Shown here piece after piece: positions 16,848 through 25,482 of a stretch of 32,000 bases of DNA. Where the stretch lies: NCBI GenBank assembly GCA_964648855.1, contig CAZYLT010000018.1, positions 17,039 to 49,038 on the forward strand. The letters are read 5' to 3'. Within the stretch, counting starts at the first letter, position 1; every line of letters begins with the position of its first letter. The notes beneath the pieces are model-generated. The model made no database searches and had not been told where the DNA came from. It was given only the letters and a program-made list of their open reading frames with translations. This DNA comes from an uncultured archaeon (GTDB lineage Archaea > Asgardarchaeota > Thorarchaeia > Thorarchaeales > Thorarchaeaceae). The position numbers and the translations under genes were made by a program.

Positions 16848-18428
16848 CTATACGAATGCATCAATGGCCTGGATAACAGCTCTTAGAGCGTATATTCTGA
16901 ATGTGTATGTGATAGGAACTTCGTTAGTCGAATCTAACATTGCTTCCAAATCAGTTAGAAAATCTGACCCAAACAAAATCAATCCCCTTCTCAGATCAAC
17001 CACAGTCACCGACTGAGCACCGTTTCCCAATGCTATCGCAATATCATTTGCGAGCAGATTCATTTCATGATAGGAATCAACGGATACTTGATTTGGAGAG
17101 GAAAGTGGCATGATTTCGCCAAGCCTAAGACTGGTAATCGTTGAGCCTTGAAGATTTGAGAATGCATAGCACAAATACTCTCCCACATCACCCGCCATAT
17201 AGCTAGAAAAGGAGGAGCGAATGCAGTCTATCTGACTATTGGTGAAGTCTTTCAACATCTCCGCTGTTGCCCCACAGGCCAGCATAATAGTGCTGTCACC
17301 ATCAATTGCATCATCCAATACGAAGCTATTGACTACAAGGCCAGCGGACAAGCCATATTCCTCACATGTCATCCTGAGTTCAGTTCCATAGCCTTCTATA
17401 GAAGTTTGATTTATCGCGGCAATTGTGGAACTGACTAAGCTTGAAAATCCATACAAGTCAATTTGGCGGACTTGGTTCATAAAAAGCGCTCTTTCTTCGG
17501 GTGAGAGAGTCATATCAAATAGTATGTAACTCGGATCAGACTGGATATGGGTTGAGTTTAATACTTCCACCAAATCGAAAAGCATGGATGCATATCTCTG
17601 ATATAATTTCAAAATAATATCATTTGTTCCTAGGATGGTTGGATTTGGAGGGACCAGGTTGCTCCGGTTGGCATCCAATGTAATTGAATAAGCAATTCCG
17701 TTGCCCGTCACATTTCTAAGGGTAGCACGTAATATATTCCATGATTCATTGTTGCCATATTTGATGACGAAATCCAGTCCATAACCGGTTTCCTTCAAAT
17801 CCTGAATAACCGCGGAGTCATTATTGAGAATAATATCATCAGAGGTCAGTTGGTTCGTGTCTATTTCGAGGAAGACATTACCTTGCCGATTGTAGTTTAC
17901 CGAGTTGATGGGGATGCTTCCCATCAAATAGACAGATACTGGGAACAGCAGGCCTACCAGATTTAGCAAAACAAGGTAGGCTATTGTTTTCTTGCTTATT
18001 GATGAGCGGTCAATATTCACTGTTACTGTGGTCGTTGAGATAACCCAGAAGGATGAGATGAAATTAGCAAGTGATATGATTATGAAGCCTACAGAGAGAG
18101 GAGATATAGCGGCAAAAATGGCGCCGGCAATAATCATCACTGCAATCGATGGGATTTTGCTAAACTCCTTGTAGTGTGCGCGGATGATTAAGGAAAGAAA
18201 TACGAACAAAGGCAAGACATACATTGCTATCGGAAGCGAATCAATTAGAGCAAGCCCTCCAATTTGCAGACGTAATACAATGGAAACGAGAACGTACCCA
18301 ATTAATATGGTGTCAAGAAGCAAAACAACTAATATACCATATCTAGATGCAAAACTAATCTTCTTACTACTCGAAGTCAAGTCCGCAAAGGTGGATATGA
18401 GTGGTCCGTATCTTCGTTCCTGTTTCAT
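16848..18428 (-). CDS. Membrane protein: about 5 N-terminal TM helices plus a ~350-aa probably extracellular domain
   Basis: Hydrophobic N-terminal ~170 aa. Acidic domain with several N-x-S/T sequons (NDS, NES, NVT, NRS, NST, NQT). Confidence 0.7.
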   Translation of the reverse strand: MKQERRYGPLISTFADLTSSSKKISFASRYGILVVLLLDTILIGYVLVSIVLRLQIGGLALIDSLPIAMYVLPLFVFLSLIIRAHYKEFSKIPSIAVMIIAGAIFAAISPLSVGFIIISLANFISSFWVISTTTVTVNIDRSSISKKTIAYLVLLNLVGLLFPVSVYLMGSIPINSVNYNRQGNVFLEIDTNQLTSDDIILNNDSAVIQDLKETGYGLDFVIKYGNNESWNILRATLRNVTGNGIAYSITLDANRSNLVPPNPTILGTNDIILKLYQRYASMLFDLVEVLNSTHIQSDPSYILFDMTLSPEERALFMNQVRQIDLYGFSSLVSSTIAAINQTSIEGYGTELRMTCEEYGLSAGLVVNSFVLDDAIDGDSTIMLACGATAEMLKDFTNSQIDCIRSSFSSYMAGDVGEYLCYAFSNLQGSTITSLRLGEIMPLSSPNQVSVDSYHEMNLLANDIAIALGNGAQSVTVVDLRRGLILFGSDFLTDLEAMLDSTNEVPITYTFRIYALRAVIQAIDAFV

Positions 18429-18552
18429 TCTGTATAAGCTCCGAAATCGTCTGGACGTCAGGTTTATTCAGAATGTAAAGACGCTGCACTTATACATATG
18501 TTTTGAGCAGCGAGCGAATAGAATAACTGAAGAAACATCGGAGTCGTAGAAT

Positions 18553-19758
18553 ATGCATGATGTAGCCATTGTAGGCGCAGGCCCAGCGGGATCAACATGC
18601 GCAATGCATCTAGCAGAAGCTGGGCACGACGTCCTGCTAATCGACAGGGATGAGTTTCCTCGCGATAAGCCCTGCGGCGGCGGCTTCTCTTTGAACATCA
18701 TTGATGAATTTCCCTATCTCAAGAAGAGGACAACTGAATTTCTAGATGGGATATGTAGAGGGGGTATTCTACATTCGCCAAATCGATGGATATCGTTGCA
18801 TTCTGGAGTACAGATGGCAGTAGCCCGCCGAACAAAATTTGATGCCGCACTTCTTGACGCCGCTGTTGACGCTGGAGCAACTACGAAACAAAACTCCTTT
18901 GTAAAGGGCTGCCAAATCACGAGTGACAAGGTAATCCTTCGTCTATCCAACGGCGAAGAGATTGCCTCCAGAGCAATTGTTGGAGCAGATGGCGTAAACA
19001 GCGTTATTGCAAGGAACACGGGTCTTAACAAGAGATGGGCAAAACAAGATGTAACTCCGTGTAGGGTGTCAGAGATCCCAATCCCGAAAACAGAGATAGA
19101 TGAGATGTATTCAAGAAATAGAAGATATCACTTCTTTGCAAATTTCAATAACATGCCGGGTTATGGTTGGATTTTTCCAAAGCGCAAAACTGTCAATGTG
19201 GGAATCGGGGTGCAAGGTCCACAGGCTAGGGGCCTCCCAATTCTTTTCCGAAAATTCGTCCAATTCCTAGAACACAACAAGCTATTGCCAGCAAATCCGG
19301 ATATTTCTGCTGCAGCGGGAGCCCTAGTACCTACGGGCGGAACAATTGAAAGGACGTCATCAAAAAGATGCATTCTGATGGGCGATGCCGCGGGCATGGT
19401 AAATCCTCTGACAGGAGGAGGAATAGGATACGCAATGAAAGCAGGCAGAATCGGAGGCAAGGTTCTATCCAAGTGCTTGCAACAAAATAACCTTAGTGAG
19501 GATGCTTTAGAGAAGTATGATGAATTATGGAGGGCAGATTTTGGACGCGAGATCGGTCCTCTGAAGCTGGCCCAGAGAGTATTCACTAGTCCATTCACAT
19601 CAGTGTTGTTTGAAATAGGGTCGAGAGATGGTGATCTTCAGAAAATGGTCGCGTCTGTTATGGCTGAAACGGATGACCCCAAGCCTAATACAATGAGCAT
19701 TGTTGCAAGAACCCTATTGGTTTGTGCTCGAGAGGCATTTCATATTAGGATATCTTGA
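18553..19758 (+). CDS. Geranylgeranyl reductase family FAD-dependent oxidoreductase (DGGGPL reductase-like)
   Basis: DVAIVGAGPAG, RDKPCGG, GADG, PGYGWIFP, GDAAGMVNPLTGGGI. Confidence 0.92.
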   Translation: MHDVAIVGAGPAGSTCAMHLAEAGHDVLLIDRDEFPRDKPCGGGFSLNIIDEFPYLKKRTTEFLDGICRGGILHSPNRWISLHSGVQMAVARRTKFDAALLDAAVDAGATTKQNSFVKGCQITSDKVILRLSNGEEIASRAIVGADGVNSVIARNTGLNKRWAKQDVTPCRVSEIPIPKTEIDEMYSRNRRYHFFANFNNMPGYGWIFPKRKTVNVGIGVQGPQARGLPILFRKFVQFLEHNKLLPANPDISAAAGALVPTGGTIERTSSKRCILMGDAAGMVNPLTGGGIGYAMKAGRIGGKVLSKCLQQNNLSEDALEKYDELWRADFGREIGPLKLAQRVFTSPFTSVLFEIGSRDGDLQKMVASVMAETDDPKPNTMSIVARTLLVCAREAFHIRIS

Positions 19759-19834
19759 CTTGTATTGGCGCCAAATCTCAACGCAAAGAATAAATTGGAG
19801 CAAATGCTGTTATACATTACGAGCTAACCTACGC

Positions 19835-21532
19835 ATGGCTATGGGAGAGATTAAGTTGGATAGACCTTGGTACGATCATTATGTCGGCGATACGCCGCGT
19901 GAAATTTCAATACCTGATGGCCCACTCTGGGCATATCTTGACAGAGCTGTAGAAGAGTTTCCTGATAATATAGCACTGCATTACGAAGGAGTAGAGATAA
20001 CCTATCGGGAGCTTGGTGAACTTGTTGATAAAGCAGCAAACGGATTCGCCAGACTGGGTGTGACAAAAGGAGATACGGTGGCAATAATGCTTCCGAATTG
20101 CCCCCAATTCGTTATATCTTATTTTGGAGCCTTAAAGGCAGGCGCAATTGTGACACCGGTGAATCCAATGAGCATGCCCAAAGAATTGAGAATTTACCTT
20201 CAAGACACGGGAGCCAAGACAATGGTTACGTTGAACTTCTTCTATAAGACAGTAAACGCTGTCAGGCAGGAGAGTAACTTGGACAATGTCATTGTCACTG
20301 CTGGTTGGGATCCAATGAGCAAGATAAAACAAATACTGGCACCACTGATTGTGTATAGAAAGCAGATGAAAGATGTGCCTCCACTCCAGAAGGGTGACTT
20401 GGAATGGAATGAGTGGTTGGACCAAGCAGTTCCAGAGCCGCCTACTGTCGTTGTTGACCCAGATGAGGACCTTGCAGTGTATCAATTCACTGGAGGGACA
20501 ACAGGCATTCCCAAAGCGGCAATGCTCACGCACAACAACCTGAAAGCAAACTGTGAGCAGTGTGGTGCTTGGATGTCATGGATGGCTGATAGAGGAAAAG
20601 AACTCTTTGTGGCAGCATTGCCAATGCAACATATCTTCGGGCAGACGGTTTCGATGAACCTAGCAATATCATGGGGTTGTGGGATTATTCTCATTCCCGA
20701 CCCAAGAGATATTGAGAACCTTCTTGGTAAGATGGATAAGCTCAATCCGACATTCTTCCCAATTGTTGCTACTTTGGCAATTGCGATTTATAGCTCTGAT
20801 GTTGTCCATAAGTATGACATAACTTCGCTCAAACTCTCTATTGCGGGAGCAATGGCACTGCCAGCAGAAGTTACTAGGAAATTCGAAGAGGCAACAAATT
20901 CACTCATTATTGAAGGCTACGGATTGACCGAGGCTTCACCAGTGACTCATGCTAATCCCCTTGACAAGGAAGAACGTAAGATTGGCTCGATTGGGCTGCC
21001 CTTTCCCAGCACAGATAGCAAGATAGTCGATTTGGATGACAGGTCCAAGGATCTTCCTGCTGGAGAGGTGGGCGAGCTGGCTGTTAAGGGACCACAGGTC
21101 ATGCAGGGATACCACAATCGTCCTGATGAAACCGAGAACGTGCTTAGTAGTGACGGATGGTTGTTTACTGGAGATATTGCAAAAATGGATTCGGACGGCT
21201 GGACTTACATTGTCGATCGGAAAAAAGACCTCATCAACGCCTCTGGTTTCAAAGTCTGGCCCCGGGATGTGGAAGAGGTTCTCTTTGAGCATCCCAAGGT
21301 GAAGGAAGCGGCAGTGGTTGGTGTTCCTGATGAAGTTCGAGGAGAAACCGTCAAAGCGTTCATTGTGCTTGAACCAGGCCAGTCATCTTCGTTAGAAGAG
21401 ATTCGCTCATTCTGCAAGGAGAAGATGGCAGCATACAAGGTTCCCACAGAAGTTGAGTTTGTAGACACACTTCCTAAATCAATGGTGGGTAAGGTCCTAA
21501 GACGAGAACTAAGAGAGCAAGAAGAAGAATGA
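19835..21532 (+). CDS. fadD: Long-chain fatty acid--CoA ligase (ANL superfamily)
   Basis: FTGGTTGIPK AMP-binding loop, EGYGLTEASP, GWLFTGD, IVDRKKD, LPKSMVGK. Start is likely the ATG at 19835 or 19841. Confidence 0.92.
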   Translation: MAMGEIKLDRPWYDHYVGDTPREISIPDGPLWAYLDRAVEEFPDNIALHYEGVEITYRELGELVDKAANGFARLGVTKGDTVAIMLPNCPQFVISYFGALKAGAIVTPVNPMSMPKELRIYLQDTGAKTMVTLNFFYKTVNAVRQESNLDNVIVTAGWDPMSKIKQILAPLIVYRKQMKDVPPLQKGDLEWNEWLDQAVPEPPTVVVDPDEDLAVYQFTGGTTGIPKAAMLTHNNLKANCEQCGAWMSWMADRGKELFVAALPMQHIFGQTVSMNLAISWGCGIILIPDPRDIENLLGKMDKLNPTFFPIVATLAIAIYSSDVVHKYDITSLKLSIAGAMALPAEVTRKFEEATNSLIIEGYGLTEASPVTHANPLDKEERKIGSIGLPFPSTDSKIVDLDDRSKDLPAGEVGELAVKGPQVMQGYHNRPDETENVLSSDGWLFTGDIAKMDSDGWTYIVDRKKDLINASGFKVWPRDVEEVLFEHPKVKEAAVVGVPDEVRGETVKAFIVLEPGQSSSLEEIRSFCKEKMAAYKVPTEVEFVDTLPKSMVGKVLRRELREQEEE

Positions 21533-21539
21533 ACTGAAT

Positions 21540-21576
21540 GCTGAGGGATGACCCCTCAGCTTCTAGCCTTTTTTTT
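21540..21576 (+). terminator. Hairpin plus oligo-T terminator after fadD
   Basis: GCTGAGGG-ATGAC-CCCTCAGC forms a perfect 8-bp stem, followed by T8 at 21569-21576, between convergent genes. Confidence 0.65.
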
Positions 21577-21585
21577 ATATTCGAA

Positions 21586-22146
21586 TTAGTCAACAGGGTT
21601 GAATACATCTGTTTTAAGATTGGTAATCAGCGAGTGAACTTCAGGCCGACCAAGCAGTTTCCGTCTTGTTTCACTCAGATTATCTATGACACATGCCACG
21701 CCAATAACCTGTGCGCCGAGCTTGTTTATGGCTTTTGTAACAGCTAAGACAGTAGTCCCTTGAATAAGCCAATCATCCACAACTGCAACCCGGTCTCCAG
21801 GGTCAATCGATTCTGAGACAAGTGCCAGCCGCCTATCCGCAAATCTGCTTGATGGCATCCATTCTACTGGACGCGAGTAATCTTCAGGCAAATAGGCAAT
21901 CGAACGAGCAGGAACAATGCCACAACCAAGATAATAGGCTACTGCACTTCCAAGTGCTAAACCTCTCTGCTCAATTCCTACAACTTTGTTTGGCTGAAGT
22001 TCGACAAGGGGTTTAGCGAGCTTGACGACAGCCTCGTGAAATATGTTGGGATGCTCCAAGAGCCTGCTAATATCACACACAGCTTTTCCCGGTTCAGGCC
22101 AATCTTCTATCACGTCAACGTAGTCTCTGAAATCAATGTCTGTCAT
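21586..22146 (-). CDS. apt: Adenine phosphoribosyltransferase-like type I PRTase
   Basis: EDWPEPG...DISRLL, VVGIEQRG, PRPP-binding VAVVDDWLIQGTT. Confidence 0.82.
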   Translation of the reverse strand: MTDIDFRDYVDVIEDWPEPGKAVCDISRLLEHPNIFHEAVVKLAKPLVELQPNKVVGIEQRGLALGSAVAYYLGCGIVPARSIAYLPEDYSRPVEWMPSSRFADRRLALVSESIDPGDRVAVVDDWLIQGTTVLAVTKAINKLGAQVIGVACVIDNLSETRRKLLGRPEVHSLITNLKTDVFNPVD

Positions 22147-22396
22147 TCTCTTGTCAACCTCAGTCTCCAGAAGCCTAATCGTAGGAGATATTTCTTTCTG
22201 TTTGTATCAAATTGTGTTTTGCCTTTTAATTTGCATGCATGGGTGCGAAAAGATTAAGACTCGGAACAGGAAGAGGTATTCATAGCTTGAATGGAGTTGC
22301 AATGTTCTGAGAATACCAGGGACAACCATTTCCATTGCATTACTGCCAGGATATGTCGAGGTACGGGATAAGGGATCTATTAAGAGGAAAATCAAA

Positions 22397-23503
22397 GTGA
22401 AGAACAAATCCTTTGATGATGTTCAAAAAGAACTAGAAATCTTCCTCCGTTACAACGGGAAGGTATTAGCTCCAGGACTCCTAGAGGATACTATGGAACA
22501 TATCGGAGTTAGAGATGCCACCGCTACTTCAAAAGCGGACGAGAAGTCTGGTAAAGAAAGAGTCCCTGAGATTACTGCGGAGAGTATCAATACCCAAGCT
22601 CCAGAGGATTCGAGGTTTGAATCAGCTGACTTAGATGGCTTCGAAGAGGCTCTCTCTGCTGTTGATGAAATAAGTGACAAGTTCTTATCCCCCACATACA
22701 ATAGTGAAGATGTCAAAACGGAGAAGGTCAGAGTATCGCTTTCAGGTAAATCCAAGATAGCGGCTTCTTCGAAAACACGAGCTACCGGTGCCAGGTCAAT
22801 ATCGAATCAGGTGAGAGGTGAATCTAGTGAGGAACTCAAAGAAAAGGATGCCAGGCCAGAAACTACCGACACAGTCTCTCTTGAGGAAAAAAGCAAGCCC
22901 AAAAAATCGCCCGCTCATGTCATAAAACCGTTGGTCGAAACCAAGGTAATCATACTTGGAGAGGAAGGAGTTGGAAAGGGTTCGATTCTCCGGAATGCGG
23001 AATTCAGCCCAGAACTCTATGACGCAAATGCGGAAGTCGTTGAACCCTACGCATATTCGAAGATGTATGAGCTTGATAACCATAGAGTGAAGACCACTGT
23101 TTGGCTCTTTGATAAAGCAGCCGACTTGAATATATCACGGGGAGATTACTACTCTAATGCCAGTGTCATAATTATCGTCTATTCAGTGGCAGACAGATGG
23201 AGCTTCGATAGCATTGCTTTCTGGCTAAAGGAGGCGTTGATACATTACGAAACCCAACCGCCGATAGTGATAGTTGGCAACAAGAAAGACCTTAGGAAGG
23301 AAGAGCCTATTGAATTCGATGAAATGGAGGATGCTCCTGTTTCAACCCAAGAGGGGTTTGCTCTGGCCGAGGAAATGGCAAAGGAACTGGGTGAAGAAGA
23401 TTCGCTACACCCTGTAGCATTTATCGAGTGTAGTTGTTTATCAGGAGAAGGAATTGATGACGTATTCAGAACTGCAGCAGAGCTATTTGAGAATTCACTC
23501 TAA
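22397..23503 (+). CDS. Ras/Rab-like small GTPase domain with a long acidic low-complexity N-terminal extension; degenerate G motifs
   Basis: KVIILGEEGVGKGS (G1), IIIVYSV, IVIVGNKKDL (G4), FIECSCLSGEGIDDVF (G5). G3 reads FDKAA. The true start may lie upstream (see findings). Confidence 0.85.
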   Translation: MKNKSFDDVQKELEIFLRYNGKVLAPGLLEDTMEHIGVRDATATSKADEKSGKERVPEITAESINTQAPEDSRFESADLDGFEEALSAVDEISDKFLSPTYNSEDVKTEKVRVSLSGKSKIAASSKTRATGARSISNQVRGESSEELKEKDARPETTDTVSLEEKSKPKKSPAHVIKPLVETKVIILGEEGVGKGSILRNAEFSPELYDANAEVVEPYAYSKMYELDNHRVKTTVWLFDKAADLNISRGDYYSNASVIIIVYSVADRWSFDSIAFWLKEALIHYETQPPIVIVGNKKDLRKEEPIEFDEMEDAPVSTQEGFALAEEMAKELGEEDSLHPVAFIECSCLSGEGIDDVFRTAAELFENSL

Positions 23504-23618
23504 ACATATTTACATATCGCCATGTTAACAGTAAAAATTGAAAAGATACTAAGAGATAGCAACAAATGAGATAAACAATGATGACCGTGATAAATCATCA
23601 TAGATATCGATACAAGAG

Positions 23619-23933
23619 TTGATCACAATAACCGAAACGCGCTGTGAAAGCTGTGGTAAGCTTTTCGAGATGCCAGCCAGAGCAAAAACACTGGAAGAAA
23701 ACTTCGCCTACGAAAAAATGAGAGAGCTCTGTATTTGTGAAGACTGTTTTCATAAGCGATTTAGCATTGAAACCAAGAAAAGCAGCGGCTATGGCGGCAC
23801 TATCTATGAACTAGAGGAGAAGGGACAACCTAGATTTGGACTAGGTAGCAAATCATTCACCTGCCTGAAATGCAATTGGGTTGCCTGGACTGAAGAAGGT
23901 CTGCTCGTCCATATGAAGCATAGACATGAATAA
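23619..23933 (+). CDS. Small zinc-finger protein (CxxC...CxCxxC site plus a C-terminal C2H2 finger)
   Basis: CESC, CICEDCFH, FTCLKCNWVAWTEEGLLVHMKHRH. Confidence 0.75.
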   Translation: MITITETRCESCGKLFEMPARAKTLEENFAYEKMRELCICEDCFHKRFSIETKKSSGYGGTIYELEEKGQPRFGLGSKSFTCLKCNWVAWTEEGLLVHMKHRHE

Positions 23934-23936
23934 TAC

Positions 23937-24563
23937 TCAGACATTGCGCTCTATTTCTTGTTGGTCTGCTACTCGCACTATTTCGTGACCCCTTAAGCGG
24001 ACGCCCTTGACTTTTGCTGCTGCACTCTCCAATATACCCATGCGATATACAGTCGTTCTGGGACCATGCCCCTGTAGCCATTTCAGGGAAGATAATTCGA
24101 GCCTCTCATTTTCTGTGAAGTAGATTGCAAGATCATCAGCCAGGGCATTAGTCCTATCAAACATAGCTGACGCAAAACCAGCGCTAGGGGCTGCGAATCC
24201 TGCTATCACCCATATTATGATGAATGGGTCTTGGCCATAATAGTCGAAGAAGAAGATGAAACCTGCAAAGATGGGTTGCACTAATGCAAGGATCACTAGA
24301 AAAAGCGCAATATGCTGAGTTGCATCATCACTACCAAGACCTGCTAACCCAATAACATCTTGTTGTGGCGGAAACAAGAACACCAGTACGCTTCCAGATG
24401 CAATTCCAACAATGATAGACGAGCCTACTAGATGGATTGCGAATAGAAGCGCGCGTTCTACCCAAATGACAGGAAATGAAACATAGGACTGGATAACTAA
24501 GACGAGTGCAATACTAGCCGCGCCAATGACAAAGCCCCTCCAGCTGAAGAACTCGTACTTCAT
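23937..24563 (-). CDS. Hypothetical membrane protein (about 4 TM helices plus a soluble C-terminus)
   Basis: Hydrophobic helices. GGTGGAG SD before the ATG at 24563. Confidence 0.7.
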   Translation of the reverse strand: MKYEFFSWRGFVIGAASIALVLVIQSYVSFPVIWVERALLFAIHLVGSSIIVGIASGSVLVFLFPPQQDVIGLAGLGSDDATQHIALFLVILALVQPIFAGFIFFFDYYGQDPFIIIWVIAGFAAPSAGFASAMFDRTNALADDLAIYFTENERLELSSLKWLQGHGPRTTVYRMGILESAAAKVKGVRLRGHEIVRVADQQEIERNV

Positions 24564-24726
24564 TGACGTAACTCCACCTGTCACTGCCGGCTCAACTCTC
24601 TCTAATGTTATATGAGCAAAGAATATGCTTGTCAGATAAAGGTTTGTCTATTTCGATGAAACTCATTTTCTTGCGCTCAAGAAGAAGGGGTAGTACAACG
24701 GATGCTTTATCGGAAAAGACTAAATG

Positions 24727-24748
24727 GACTACTAATAATAGAGTAGTC
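24727..24748. promoter_or_regulatory. Inverted repeat upstream of the ABC operon (possible operator or hairpin)
   Basis: GACTACT-N8-AGTAGTC ending about 21 nt before the ATG at 24770. Confidence 0.35.
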
Positions 24749-24769
24749 GTAATAATGGAGGAGGAACTG

Positions 24770-25471
24770 ATGTCCAACGACCTCATTGTCAATCTGCAAG
24801 AAGTATCTCGAGTGTACCATATGGGGGAAGTAGATGTTCATGCCTTGCGAGGGGTTAATCTAGAAGTCAATCGTGGGGAAGCAATTGCCATTATGGGCCC
24901 TAGCGGTTCTGGAAAGACTACACTGCTTAATCTGATAGGGGCGCTTGATAGGCCGACTACAGGCAATGTCATGATTGATGGCGTGGATATAACCAAGATG
25001 ACTGAGAAGCAGCTAACGAAGATTCGTCGTGACAAAATCAGTTTCGTCTTCCAATTCTTTAATCTCCTCCCTGTACTGACTGCTTATGAGAATGTGGAGC
25101 TCCCTCTCCTTATTGCGGGAGTGGAAGAAGATGCAAGGAAAGAAAGGGTTGACTATTTGCTTGAACTTGTGGGACTTACTGATCGAGCTGAACATCGGCC
25201 GGACGAATTGAGCGGCGGGGAACAGCAACGCGTTGCGATTTCTCGGGCTCTCGCAAAGCCCCCTGGTTCAACGAGTTCCGTTGTTGTTCTTGCCGACGAA
25301 CCGACAGGCGATTTGGATCAGGTCACCGGTGAAAACGTGATGAAACACTTGGTCAATCTCACAAAGGGAGAAGGGGGAACTCTCATCACAGTTACTCATG
25401 ACCCTGAGGCAGCAGAGAGGATGGACAAGGTCTACACAATTCGAGATGGCAGCATTGTTGATGTGAAATAA
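24770..25471 (+). CDS. ABC transporter ATP-binding protein, LolD/MacB family
   Basis: [48 protein letters not shown] before the ATG at 24770. Confidence 0.95.
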   Translation: MSNDLIVNLQEVSRVYHMGEVDVHALRGVNLEVNRGEAIAIMGPSGSGKTTLLNLIGALDRPTTGNVMIDGVDITKMTEKQLTKIRRDKISFVFQFFNLLPVLTAYENVELPLLIAGVEEDARKERVDYLLELVGLTDRAEHRPDELSGGEQQRVAISRALAKPPGSTSSVVVLADEPTGDLDQVTGENVMKHLVNLTKGEGGTLITVTHDPEAAERMDKVYTIRDGSIVDVK

Positions 25472-25482
25472 GAGGGTAGAGT

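Noticed and set aside
19700-19834. Upstream extension of fadD overlapping the GGR gene
   Set aside because: Family-like sequence starts at MAMGEIKLDRPW, and the extension overlaps the preceding gene by 59 nt.
23578-23601. ATGATG...CATCAT inverted repeat before the Zn-finger gene
   Set aside because: Six-bp arms in AT-rich DNA are expected by chance.
24605-24769. N-terminal extension of the first ABC ATPase
   Set aside because: A strong SD (GGAGGAGG) precedes the ATG at 24770, and the extension is not family-like.
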